A stretch of 64,000 nucleotides of DNA from Candidatus Bathyarchaeota archaeon (lineage in GTDB: Archaea > Thermoproteota > Bathyarchaeia > 40CM-2-53-6): NCBI GenBank assembly GCA_963833125.1, contig CAWHWX010000005.1, forward strand, positions 32,001 to 96,000. The letters are read 5' to 3'. Below are positions 1-9,501 of the stretch, piece after piece. The translations under genes and the position numbers were made by a program. How positions within the stretch are numbered: the first letter of the stretch is position 1; each line of letters starts with the position of its first letter. Under the pieces are notes generated by a model. That model ran no database searches and was not told the origin of the DNA. It was given only the letters and a program-made list of their open reading frames with translations.

Positions 1-37
1 ACTGGTCCACTATCTCCGTCCCATTTGTTCTCAACAT
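1..37 (-). CDS. Possible N-terminus of a gene running off the window (MLRTNGTEIVDQ, resembles a glycoside hydrolase family 5 start)
   Basis: Manual translation of the minus strand; only 12 codons are visible. Confidence 0.25.
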   Translation of the reverse strand, partial: MLRTNGTEIVDQ

Positions 38-233
38 CGACAATCCAGTTTGTCCGATCAGGGTGTGAGGAGTGTCTGTTGAAGACTCAATTTGGCTGGA
101 TGTCCCATTCGTGCTTATCGGGGAATGGTTCGTCCCAAACGTCAAAGCAACTACCGTGATGGCCACAAGGATTATTGTGGCAATGCTGGTTTTGTGAGAT
201 TTCCACACGGTCAAAGCGTCAGACCCTGGCTAC

Positions 234-980
234 TTGGTTCAATATAATATACCGCACACAGATATTGCCAACGCACTATCTGAGGGACGACGGGCCATGG
301 ATGATTTGGATGCTTTGAGGAAAGTGGCTTGGAACGTGTCTGGCGACATAGCAACCAACCTGTTCTTCCGCCCCCTGTCAATAAGGATAACACGACGGCT
401 ATCTCGGACTGCTGTAACACCAACGCAAGTCACAGAGTTACTTTTTACCCTTAGAATGATTGCGGCCGCCCTCTTTCTACTCCACATATACTTGGTCTCC
501 ATTCTTGCGGCGATCCTACTCTACTTCGCTCAAGTCCTCGATTGTGTGGACGGCGAACTCTCACGAGTCAACAAACTCTCAAGTGAAAAGGGCGGCTTAC
601 TCGACTACTTCCTAGACCGATTCGGCGACTTCGTCCTATACCTCGCCATAGCCGTTGGACTGTACCTTGCGAGCGGAAGAGTTGTGGCGATTGTGTTAGG
701 GTTGTTCGTTATCGCATCAAACTCCCTAATGACCGATATGTGGCAGAAGGTGAGTAAAGTGAAGCGCAGTGCGGAACCTGAGTATGAGTACAAGAAGTCG
801 ACCAAGTCGTCCTGGAAGAGTTACCTGACATACGGAGGACCAACCAGCGTTATGATTCTCCTCGTAACCTCTGTTCTCAACCAGATCTTTCTAGGCATGT
901 TGATCATCGGCGCATGCTGTTTCCTATATACCGTCGCAATTTTCTTTGACACATACCTTGCTCTTCGCAGCGAGAAGTAA
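234..980 (+). CDS. CDP-alcohol phosphatidyltransferase family protein
   Basis: DCVDGELSR...GGLLDYFLDRFGD matches the DxxDGxxAR...GxxxDxxxD motif; hydrophobic helices. Confidence 0.9.
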   Translation: MVQYNIPHTDIANALSEGRRAMDDLDALRKVAWNVSGDIATNLFFRPLSIRITRRLSRTAVTPTQVTELLFTLRMIAAALFLLHIYLVSILAAILLYFAQVLDCVDGELSRVNKLSSEKGGLLDYFLDRFGDFVLYLAIAVGLYLASGRVVAIVLGLFVIASNSLMTDMWQKVSKVKRSAEPEYEYKKSTKSSWKSYLTYGGPTSVMILLVTSVLNQIFLGMLIIGACCFLYTVAIFFDTYLALRSEK

Positions 981-1056
981 AGAATCCACGGCTAAACCCT
1001 AAAGAACCAAATGTTTGCTTCCACGTGAACCCAAATAATTGCAGGTCGTGTCGAGG

Positions 1057-1920
1057 TCATGCTTCAATGTTCTTTACATTACGCCAGGTTGGCAGAAGCG
1101 CGTTGGCATCACTGAGGAATTCATGTTCGGGTCTCCACCCCAAGTCCTCGTGAGCAAGAGTGTTATCCAGAACAGCTCTATGATTCCTATGCAAAGAATC
1201 CTCGACAACTTCTCTCCCGAACAAATCTACCACCTGTTTGCAGGTCACGGCTTTTCCCGATGAGATGTTGAAAACGCCAAAGTCTAATGGGCTATTAGCT
1301 GAAATGATCATCGCCCGGACGACGTCATCGACATGGACGTAGTCGAAGAGGTCGCGGAAGGCGTGATGCAAATGCACCGGTTCAGATTCCGCAAACGCTA
1401 GATCGGCCAACAATCCTCTTCTCCGACGCAGTGTTCGACTGTAGACCCACGGTATTCTAAGAACGATTGCTCTAAGGGATGATTTCCTATTGAATAGTCG
1501 GATGTAGTTTTCGACTGCAAGCTTTGACACGCCATAGAACTCTGCTGGTTCAATTTTCGCCGATTCGGATAAAACGGTTCCCTCCTGTTTGGGTATCGCG
1601 TAAACGTGAATGGTTGAGGGAAAAATGAGCTTTACACCGTGTTTCACACAGCTCTCGATAACGTTCAAACTACCAATAACATTCACTTCACAATCCATAC
1701 CGGGCTCAGACTGGGCAGCCCAGATGAATGCGTTGGCGGCCAGATGAAATACGGCGTCCTTGTCTTTGATGTGAGAGTCAACAAGTTGTTTGTCTAGCAC
1801 ACCTCCACTGCGGCTATCTCGACTTATTCCTTCGACCTCACATCCATCCGCCGTCAATTTTTCGAATAGGTGACGCCCAATCAATCCAGTATGGCCAGTC
1901 ACCAGAATTTTCTTCACCAT
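1057..1920 (-). CDS. NAD-dependent epimerase/dehydratase
   Basis: TGHTGLIG Rossmann motif, YGVSK, DYVHVDDV. Confidence 0.9.
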   Translation of the reverse strand: MVKKILVTGHTGLIGRHLFEKLTADGCEVEGISRDSRSGGVLDKQLVDSHIKDKDAVFHLAANAFIWAAQSEPGMDCEVNVIGSLNVIESCVKHGVKLIFPSTIHVYAIPKQEGTVLSESAKIEPAEFYGVSKLAVENYIRLFNRKSSLRAIVLRIPWVYSRTLRRRRGLLADLAFAESEPVHLHHAFRDLFDYVHVDDVVRAMIISANSPLDFGVFNISSGKAVTCKQVVDLFGREVVEDSLHRNHRAVLDNTLAHEDLGWRPEHEFLSDANALLPTWRNVKNIEA

Positions 1921-1971
1921 ACTCTACCGTCCTCGATGGGTTATCTGTCCTGGCTAAACAGTCGGGGCGAA

Positions 1972-3138
1972 CTATAGGGTAAGATCTTCGTACACCTCAC
2001 GATATAACGACGCTGTTATCGTTGAATCGAACTTCTTTGCCTTCAAGGCTAAGCTATGGCCCAATCCTAAGCGATCCTCCTCGGAATTCATTAGGGAAAT
2101 TAATTTTGAGGCGTAATCTTGCTCGTTAGTTGCAAGCAGCTTTGAGTGTTCGCTCCCTAGCATCTCTCTAGAGAATGGTCTGTCGAACGCGATCACTGGC
2201 TTACCCATTGCCATACCTTCCATCATAAGCAACGGGCAGGCCTCGTACAGGCTAGGAAAACAGATGATGTCACACGTGTTCATGTTCTCGAGAAGAGTCT
2301 CGCGTGTGACATGCCCCCGAAACTTAACTACCTCACTCAGCTTATGCTGCGTAACATAGTTCTTCAAGCCACCTTCAAGAGGTCCGCGACCGAAGATTTG
2401 TAATTCGAAATCAGCCGCACCGTTACCACTCGTCATCGAGGACAGGATTCTCAGTAGATGCGAGATGCCTTTTCGGTAGTATAGTCTTCCTGCAAAAAAT
2501 AATCGTATTTTCTTACCCGCACCGATTCTCCTACTGTTTTTGAACTTCTCGAAATCTGTCAGGTTGATGCAGTTGTGAATAACCTTGAACGTACCCGTCT
2601 CCAACCCATACGTACGGCAGAGTTCCTCTCGAAGGCTGTTGGCAACTGCGATTGGTTGGTCGGCCGCCTTCGGAATGACTCTGTCCATCATGTCCCAAAG
2701 GGGAAAACCGGGTACGTAGCTTACGTAGTCCAGCATAGATGCGCCTCGATGGGCGATCGCATTCAACTCTGAGAGAGGGTTGGTATGAAACGTGACTACC
2801 CAAGGAGTCTTCATGCCGCTTCTCTTGCATAGATTAAGGATCGGAAAGGAAACGCAATCTTGCCCATGGATCACGTCACAGGTTGCGAGCTCCTTCTTGA
2901 TCGAGTCCATGCTCCGAATCTGAAACCAGAGGTGCCGGGGAAGCAGAGGTTCGCGGGGAAAACGAACCACCTCCATCCCAGAAGTCATGGTTCGCGTTGG
3001 AAACCGTTCTGGCGATCCAGTAACGATCACAACGTCAGTGCCCTGTTTCGATAAGGCGGTTGCCAGATTCTGAAGGAACGTTCCTGTCCCTCCAAAGATA
3101 GTTGGAGGAAATTCCACGGTTAGGATGGCGACGCGCAT
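1972..3138 (-). CDS. Glycosyltransferase family 4
   Basis: EFPP..GG N-terminus, GRL...KG, PSLYEACPLLMMEGMAMGKPVI. Confidence 0.92.
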   Translation of the reverse strand: MRVAILTVEFPPTIFGGTGTFLQNLATALSKQGTDVVIVTGSPERFPTRTMTSGMEVVRFPREPLLPRHLWFQIRSMDSIKKELATCDVIHGQDCVSFPILNLCKRSGMKTPWVVTFHTNPLSELNAIAHRGASMLDYVSYVPGFPLWDMMDRVIPKAADQPIAVANSLREELCRTYGLETGTFKVIHNCINLTDFEKFKNSRRIGAGKKIRLFFAGRLYYRKGISHLLRILSSMTSGNGAADFELQIFGRGPLEGGLKNYVTQHKLSEVVKFRGHVTRETLLENMNTCDIICFPSLYEACPLLMMEGMAMGKPVIAFDRPFSREMLGSEHSKLLATNEQDYASKLISLMNSEEDRLGLGHSLALKAKKFDSTITASLYREVYEDLTL

Positions 3139-3153
3139 TGTGGAATTCCTAGC

Positions 3154-4401
3154 TCATTTCTCACGTATAGGATGCTTTCGTGTTCTGAGGTCTTGTGCGT
3201 TCTGTACAAGTTCGCCGTAAAAGCTGGCGACTTTCCTTGCATTTACATCCCAATCGAACTGACTCTCTACGGATTTTCTCGCACGGGTTCCTATGCGCTT
3301 CATTAGGTTACGGTCGTCTAATAGTCCGTTGATCGCGTTCGCTAATGCTTCTGTTGATCTGGGTGGGACGAGTATTCCGTTTTCGCCGGAGGTGATGACT
3401 TCGGGTATTGCGGAGACATTTGTTGCTATTACTGGTTTTCCGCACGCCATCGCTTCCAACACCCTAGTTGGTAGGTTCTCGTAGAGGGTGGGCACCACGG
3501 ATATGTCGCATCGTCGATAGTATTCTAGGACCGCTTCTTGATCCTTTACGTAACCCACGACTCGGACGTTTTGCGTGGGAACGTTGTGTGCGAGTATTTG
3601 GTTCAGGTATGGTTGAAAGTTGCCTGGGCCGATGAAGGTGAAGGTTGCGTTCGGGTGTTTGTTAACCACGGCGGGAATTGCGTCAGCCAGAAACGTCAGA
3701 CCTTTCGCGGAGACAAACCGTCCAGTGAAAAGAATGTTCTCAGGTTCTCCTTCTTTCGGATCGGGAGTGAAAACTTTAGTGTCCACGGAATTTGGGATGA
3801 CTCTAACTCTTGTTTGATTTAATCTCGGAAAGTAGAGCCAGATTCTTTTTCTCATCCATTCAGAGATGGCGATGTATTGTCGGTCTCCAGAGAAGAAGAA
3901 TCTCTCCGCAATTCTCAGGAACGGATAGCCCATTATGGTTGCTTTTTCCGAGAAATCTAAGTCACCAAATGGTGTTCCAGAGGATTGGGCTGCTCTTTTC
4001 TGTCCTGCAATAGTCGTGTGCACCGTAGCAACTTTGGCCACCTTCAAATGACGCAGCTGAAGTAGCAGGTCTGGCATTTGGGCTGTGTGAGAGTGGATTA
4101 GGTCAATTTTTTCTCGTTTAACGAGCTTCGGAACATGTCTGAAGCAAGCGTTCTGAAAGGCGCTGTTGTAGTAGAAGGTGTCGACGGCGGAGCTTATGAA
4201 ATTAATATGAACGTTACCTGGAAAAATCTCTTCAAGATCGTAATCAGAAGTCGCTGCAGCTATGTTTCCCAGTCGGGTTCGGTACGGAGTAACAACTTCA
4301 ACTTCCACAGATCTTGGAAGGTGCCGGACCAGCTCGACTATGTAAGAACCTACTCCACCCCATATCGGAAGAAGTTCTGGGGCCAGCATGCAAATTTTCA
4401 A
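3154..4401 (-). CDS. Glycosyltransferase family 4
   Basis: PTLYENLPTRVLEAMACGKPVIAT..IPEVI..GENGILVP. Confidence 0.92.
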   Translation of the reverse strand: MKICMLAPELLPIWGGVGSYIVELVRHLPRSVEVEVVTPYRTRLGNIAAATSDYDLEEIFPGNVHINFISSAVDTFYYNSAFQNACFRHVPKLVKREKIDLIHSHTAQMPDLLLQLRHLKVAKVATVHTTIAGQKRAAQSSGTPFGDLDFSEKATIMGYPFLRIAERFFFSGDRQYIAISEWMRKRIWLYFPRLNQTRVRVIPNSVDTKVFTPDPKEGEPENILFTGRFVSAKGLTFLADAIPAVVNKHPNATFTFIGPGNFQPYLNQILAHNVPTQNVRVVGYVKDQEAVLEYYRRCDISVVPTLYENLPTRVLEAMACGKPVIATNVSAIPEVITSGENGILVPPRSTEALANAINGLLDDRNLMKRIGTRARKSVESQFDWDVNARKVASFYGELVQNAQDLRTRKHPIREK

Positions 4402-4564
4402 AGGTGCCGATCTCGAGCTTTCGGTTATTGGAGTGTGTGAGGGGAATTAAATACGGTTCCAATCGGCTTAAGCTTGGTTAACGCGTGTCTTAACATTCGT
4501 GCCTTTCAAGGAATATGAATTGACGGGCTAATGTTGGAGGCTGGAGCGTTAACCAAACCGAGTT

Positions 4565-5305
4565 CTATCGACCAGTATTCTTGGGAGACAAGATTCCTCC
4601 GCTTAGCTCCGACTCAAGCTCTCTAAGATCCTTCAACGTGTTCAATGTCCCCCAGAACCCACTGTGTCTATAGGCGGCAATCTTGCGCGAACGCGCCAGT
4701 TGCGGGAACGTTTCGATTTCGATGTTGCCCTTGACTGGGAGGTAGTCTACTATTCCATGACTGAAAACATACACCCCGGTACTAACCAGAGAATCTAGCA
4801 GGGCTTTCTCCTCGAAGCCTACTATCCTGTCACTCTCTACCTTAACAACGCCAAACGGGCTTCTGAGGTTAGCTACTGCAATCGTAGCAAGGGCTCCAAC
4901 TCGTATGTGGAATTCAGCGAAATCCGATACTTTGATGTCGGTTAGTTCATCGCCGTTCATTGCGAGAAAGATCCCATCCGGAACGAAACGTTCTATGGCA
5001 AGCCGGAAGCCTTCGCCAGTACCTCCCTCCACCGTGTGCTCACTAAAATCCACCCGGACAGGAAGGCTTAGCCGTCTAACGTAGTCAATCACCATGTCCT
5101 TCCTGTAAGCGACTCCGACAACAATGTGTGTTATCCCGTTACCCACTAACCATTGCAGTATCCAATCCAGAATCGGCTTGCCCGCTACAGAAATCATCAC
5201 CTTCGGTCTATCGCTCGTAAGCGGCCGTAACCGTAGCCCTTCCCCGCCCGCGATGACTATAGCAGTCTTGATCCTCACGTTGCTAGATTTTTCTCCAAGC
5301 GTCAA
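4565..5305 (-). CDS. Sugar-phosphate nucleotidyltransferase (probable start GTG at 5278)
   Basis: AGGEGLRLRPLT..RPK motif, NGD. Confidence 0.9.
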   Translation of the reverse strand: MTLGEKSSNVRIKTAIVIAGGEGLRLRPLTSDRPKVMISVAGKPILDWILQWLVGNGITHIVVGVAYRKDMVIDYVRRLSLPVRVDFSEHTVEGGTGEGFRLAIERFVPDGIFLAMNGDELTDIKVSDFAEFHIRVGALATIAVANLRSPFGVVKVESDRIVGFEEKALLDSLVSTGVYVFSHGIVDYLPVKGNIEIETFPQLARSRKIAAYRHSGFWGTLNTLKDLRELESELSGGILSPKNTGR

Positions 5306-6236
5306 TGGTTCTCTGCAACCCCTGCTGCAGGTTTACGGCTGGTTTCCAGCCTAGTTGGTTTCGTATCTTCGAACTATCGAGAACTATGTAGTCGGTGTCT
5401 TGGTCGCTCGGTCGTCTCGGGTATCCCGGCGGATAGCTACCTTCAACAATTTTCCCTTCATACCCGATCATCTTAGCGATCGTTTTCACCAAATCGATGT
5501 TTGACTTGGGGTTGCCGGGTGAAACGTTGAATACGTTTCCAATCGCAGACTCGTTCTTGATGGCTGCAAGGTATGCGTTAACGTGGTCGTCGACATGCAT
5601 GTAATCACGAACATGCTTTGGCGCTCCAATATACACAGGCTTTCCTTGGAGCATATTCTTGATCGCGTATTCGGTTAGGAAGTTTGCGTCTTCGGTTCGG
5701 CCGTAGGAGTTGTTGCATCTGAGAACAACGGCTTTCAGGCCATAAACCCGCATCGCCATCTGAACATACGTATCAGCCGCAGTCTTCGACACGCCATACG
5801 GGGAGGAGGGGTAGAGGCGAGCGGTCTCCTTGGTTGGTTCCTCCGGCTGCCAACCATAGACTTCAGCGGAACTAGCAACGATCACCTTCGCATTTGGGGT
5901 CCGTTCCAGGACCGCGTGTACTAGGTTAGTTGTTCCGAGAAAATTCACGCGCATGTAGGGTAGGGGGTCGTCAAAGCTCAAACGAACCGGCGTGAGCGCC
6001 GCCAAATGAATAACAATCTCTGGGGCGGAGGATCCTACTGCTGATTGAATAGAGTGGTAATCAGCGATATCCCCCTCAATGAAACGCATACTCTCAACCG
6101 CCTTACCTAACGCCTCGAAATCCCTACGTGTGGTATGTCTGACCAAACCGTAAATTGTGTGGTCCTCTTCGAGAAGACGCTGCGCCAGTTGAGAACCAAT
6201 AAACCCCGTACATCCCGTCAACAGCACATTAGCCAA
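5283..6236 (-). CDS. NDP-sugar 4,6-dehydratase (GDP-mannose/dTDP-glucose dehydratase family)
   Basis: TGCTGFIG, SSAEVYG, PSSPYGVSK, RDYMHVDDH. Confidence 0.9.
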   Translation of the reverse strand: MANVLLTGCTGFIGSQLAQRLLEEDHTIYGLVRHTTRRDFEALGKAVESMRFIEGDIADYHSIQSAVGSSAPEIVIHLAALTPVRLSFDDPLPYMRVNFLGTTNLVHAVLERTPNAKVIVASSAEVYGWQPEEPTKETARLYPSSPYGVSKTAADTYVQMAMRVYGLKAVVLRCNNSYGRTEDANFLTEYAIKNMLQGKPVYIGAPKHVRDYMHVDDHVNAYLAAIKNESAIGNVFNVSPGNPKSNIDLVKTIAKMIGYEGKIVEGSYPPGYPRRPSDQDTDYIVLDSSKIRNQLGWKPAVNLQQGLQRTIDAWRKI

Positions 6237-6461
6237 TACCAGTTCCCCCGGGGAAACCTATCTCGTACGGTGCAATAAACTCACGGCAGCAGGGCAATGA
6301 ACTCATACACAAATACCTCGGAACCCGCTTAGAGTTCGTTTCGAAGATCCTAGCCGCCATCCTCATCGCAAAGTAGTCGCGTTGCCCGTTTCTCGCCGCA
6401 AGGGTAACGAGTCTCAGGGTTTCTTTGAGAACCATGGTTTTTAGCGGGTTACTCGTAATAT

Positions 6462-6690
6462 GTGGTTGAGCGGACTGGGTTGAAGAAGAAGCGGTTCTTC
6501 GTAGCAATCGACTTCTCCCGGTACAAGGGGAGATACGTGGCGGTGGTCGGAAGGAGGGTCGTTGCTAGCGGAACGAACTGCGAAACAAGTGTGGTTAGAA
6601 GCCAAGAGGAAGAATCCTTCAGCTCGGCCAGAACTTCACAAGGTCCCGAAGGGCGAGACTCTCACGTGGTCCGATCGTACGCCGCAGTAG
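6462..6690 (+). CDS. DUF5678-like small protein, frameshifted near 6578
   Basis: YKGRYVAVVGRRVVASG continues in another frame as AKQVWLEAKRKNP...KVPKGETL. Confidence 0.7.
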
Positions 6691-6728
6691 GGCAATGAGA
6701 TTGATTTGATGCCGTGGCCTAACTGGTC

Positions 6729-7259
6729 TTACAGTTTTCTGAGGTATTCGAGTATCGTGCGATAGTCATCTTCGCTCAAACGCCAGCCTGCTCTTCGCAT
6801 CTCAGTGAGTTTTCCCACTGCTTCATCTCTTCGCATCTCACCTTCTTGATACATCCTTCCGAGCAGGTAACCAGTCCCGTGACATTCTACCTGCATCAGT
6901 CTAGCAGTGGACCTCGCAGCGTGGTCATCCGCGATCAGGATTCCGTCGAGTTCCTTGGCGATGGCGAGTGCCTCAGCTTCAGCTTTGTGCAGAGGCTTGT
7001 TTTCGCCTTCGACAGCGATCTTCATGAGCCTCTTGACTTCCGAGGCGCTGCGAGGTCGAGTAAGTATGAGCGCGGCTTCTTCAACAAGTTCCCGTATTAC
7101 TGCGACCTCTGGCTTCCCTTGGGCTTCGCCGGCCAAGAGTTCTTCATAGACGCTTTCGGGCAAGAACTTCTTGTTCTGTAACTTCCTTAGAGCTTCCGCC
7201 AGCGAGGCCCTGATTATGTAAATCACTGGAGTTGTGTCGAAGACTAGGGGCTTCGTCAA
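6729..7259 (-). CDS. PIN-domain (DUF3368/VapC-like) toxin
   Basis: VFDTTP, ESVYEE, AEAEALAIAKE, ADD..AR, GTGYLL. Confidence 0.88.
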   Translation of the reverse strand: MTKPLVFDTTPVIYIIRASLAEALRKLQNKKFLPESVYEELLAGEAQGKPEVAVIRELVEEAALILTRPRSASEVKRLMKIAVEGENKPLHKAEAEALAIAKELDGILIADDHAARSTARLMQVECHGTGYLLGRMYQEGEMRRDEAVGKLTEMRRAGWRLSEDDYRTILEYLRKL

Positions 7260-7267
7260 ACCGCGCG

Positions 7268-7570
7268 CTACTCTTTCTGTGCTGCCTCGAAGTCTTCGAT
7301 GAATTGCTCCGCCGAATACTGTATTGGTATCCTTCTTTTCTCGAGTTCTTCGAGAAATTCCCAGATGGAGCGGTTGGCGAGACCGGCGGCTTTCAGGGCT
7401 GTGACTCTTCCCGCTTCGTACAGGCTTATCGCTTTCCCAAGTCTCCATTCTCTGATGTACAGGTCGGTTGCGCGGGCTATCACTGAAGACTTGTCGAGCT
7501 TCTCCTCGAGCGCGATCCGCTCGATCTCACGCGCAACCTCCTTTGGTAATCTTGCCGCCACTACCTCCAT
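7268..7570 (-). CDS. UPF0175 family antitoxin with RHH N-terminus
   Basis: AISLYEAGRVTALKAAGLA.RSIWEFLEEL; lies directly upstream of the PIN gene. Confidence 0.88.
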   Translation of the reverse strand: MEVVAARLPKEVAREIERIALEEKLDKSSVIARATDLYIREWRLGKAISLYEAGRVTALKAAGLANRSIWEFLEELEKRRIPIQYSAEQFIEDFEAAQKE

Positions 7571-7835
7571 TAGCCGGCTCTTTGCCAAATCACGCACCGT
7601 TTACATTAGTTAACTATGTTTACAATCATTTAAGGCGTTCGTCCCAATTTAAGCCTCAAACGGAAGAACAAGATAACGATCTACTACGCATGATACAGCG
7701 AGCTCTTAGCTGCGACTAGCTGCAACCCTGAAGATAAGAAATCACGATCAACCAAAGAGATTGATGATTCCTGGTAGGTAAGCTGTAACTTCTAGGTGTT
7801 ACCTGCATCAACTAGTCTTCGCTTGAGGACGACGT

Positions 7836-7884
7836 TTATAGGACCGCTGCGGACGACGGCCGACCGAACCTACCAAAGGAGGTA
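7836..7884 (+). promoter_or_regulatory. Putative TATA box (TTTATA at 7836) and SD (AAAGGAGGT) for the DIP1984-family gene
   Basis: Motifs seen upstream of the ATG at 7896. Confidence 0.5.
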
Positions 7885-7895
7885 TTGAAAAAGAT

Positions 7896-8384
7896 ATGAA
7901 ATTATTCGAAGCCCTCGCCCTAAAGAAAGCTCTCCAGAACCAGTTAACCCAACTCATCAGCATTAGAAACAGCACATTCGAGTACCCCGAAGACGAGATA
8001 CCTGAATTCAATTTCCAAGAGCTTACTAGTCGAATAAAAGAAAAAGTGAACGAAATTACAGGCTTGAAACTTGCCATCATGCGAGCAAACATGACCAGCA
8101 AACTACCCAACGGATACACACTAAATGAGGCAATCATTGAACTCGCAAATATCAGGTCCGCCGTAGATCAATTTCAGGACCTATTACAAATCGGAAGAAG
8201 CCGCTTCCTCTTCAGCGAAAGGAGACGAAATACCACAGAAATCAAAACAATAAAGCAGGCAGCTCCCGACAAGATCCTAAAGATGATTGAGCAATACGAC
8301 ACCAAACGAATACTCTTCGACGCAATCATCCAAGAAGCAAACCACACAACCGAGATCAACTGGCCACAAAACAGCAAACAATGA
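7896..8384 (+). CDS. DIP1984-family ('septicolysin'-annotated) coiled-coil protein
   Basis: MKLFEAL N-terminus, TEIK motif and IQEANHTTEI C-terminus fit the family consensus (MKLAEAL...SEIK...IQEANWTTEL); strong SD. Confidence 0.85.
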   Translation: MKLFEALALKKALQNQLTQLISIRNSTFEYPEDEIPEFNFQELTSRIKEKVNEITGLKLAIMRANMTSKLPNGYTLNEAIIELANIRSAVDQFQDLLQIGRSRFLFSERRRNTTEIKTIKQAAPDKILKMIEQYDTKRILFDAIIQEANHTTEINWPQNSKQ

Positions 8385-8406
8385 AACAATTCCTCCACAG
8401 GCGAAT

Positions 8407-8604
8407 GTGAAGGGGAGATCAGGGAAAGAGCGAGACGAAAGCTGAAAGACCTGCTAACTTGGTACCTAGCGTAGAGGCGCTTGCTTCAAAACTCATCAGA
8501 TCCTCCAACTCAAAGATCAGACGCGTTCAAAGACGCAGATTACAGCTCAAAGATCAACCCAAGGGCTGCAACTCTCGGTCGCTCTGAACCTGACCCCAAA
8601 TCAC
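8407..8604 (+). ncRNA. Putative structured RNA: long interrupted stem enclosing four YTCAAA(GA)..CAGA repeats
   Basis: Nested pairings GTGA/TCAC, GGGG/CCCC, TCAGG/CCTGA, AGAGCGA/TCGCTCT, CGA/TCG, CTTGG/CCAAG; repeats at 8485, 8509, 8526, 8546. Confidence 0.6.
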
Positions 8605-8638
8605 TCAAGAAAAATCGTCCTCTAGTGAATGTAGGCAA

Positions 8639-8944
8639 ATGAAAATCGGGAGTTGGGACATTTACATAGGGTTTCTGTACTCCAGCCTGCCGGCGGATTG
8701 GAAAGGTCTGGAGCTAGATGAAGCATTCAAGCGAGGAAGACCGGTATGGCAGATCATTGGCGTGCACCTCTGGCATGACAGCACCGACGAGGTGAGAATG
8801 TTTGAAATCCACCTGAGTCGGAAAAATGGAGCCCGAGTATCTTACCGTCACCTTCCAGCATTCTGGATTGCGATGACCTGCAAGTGTGACGAATGTAAGC
8901 ATGTAAGAAGGAAGAGGAAATTGAAAACTATGAGGAGCAACTAG
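8639..8944 (+). CDS. Hypothetical protein with CxCxxC and a basic tail
   Basis: ATG-initiated 101 aa ORF; no family recognised. Confidence 0.5.
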   Translation: MKIGSWDIYIGFLYSSLPADWKGLELDEAFKRGRPVWQIIGVHLWHDSTDEVRMFEIHLSRKNGARVSYRHLPAFWIAMTCKCDECKHVRRKRKLKTMRSN

Positions 8945-9029
8945 CGAGCGGTTGGCAAGTATCGTTTGAGTGTAACGTCAAGTTAACGGTTGTTAAGAGA
9001 TCCGCCTTGTTTTCTGTTCGGAATTAGGG

Positions 9030-9074
9030 GGGGTGGATCCACCCCTCGAGGGGTGGTGCCAAACGGTGCCAAAC
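9030..9074. repeat. Overlapping perfect palindromes plus a 10-bp tandem repeat
   Basis: GGGGTGGATCCACCCC (9030-9045), CCACCCCTCGAGGGGTGG (9039-9056), GGTGCCAAAC x2 (9055-9074). Confidence 0.8.
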
Positions 9075-9501
9075 GAAGGCAACCCTCGCCTCATTTTAAG
9101 CCCCGATCCCCCATGCGAAGCTGTTTGCAGCAGCAACCAACAAGTTGACGTTACCTGCGAGGAATCATCCGAATCGGGTGGAGGTTTTCGCCATCGTACG
9201 TTTAGGGGAGTTATGTGGATATGAATCGACGGACAAGTGTTGGAGTCGCAAGGCGAATATCAGGAAGGAAGAATTCCTCAATTTTGCATGCATGGCTTAG
9301 CAGTAATTTGCGTAGTCGCGAATCCTTGAAAGATGCAGGCGAACCCGTCTAGCGTCGTCCTTGTCGGAGACACACACGACTCAAACCCTCCAAAGTAACA
9401 TGTTAAGCCCCAAAAACTACACCACCCACCCCCACCCCGCCAAGACCGTGCGACCAACAAACACAATTCTTGGCGGAATGTTGAAGGACATCCTTTCGGA
9501 G

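Noticed and set aside
6229-6507. 92-aa minus-strand ORF upstream of the dehydratase
   Set aside because: No recognisable family; overlaps the probable promoter region and the DUF5678 start.
8485-8558. Repeats downstream of DIP1984 read as a CRISPR array
   Set aside because: Units are only ~11-15 nt with a 17-24 nt period and no cas genes are present; reported instead as a structured RNA candidate.
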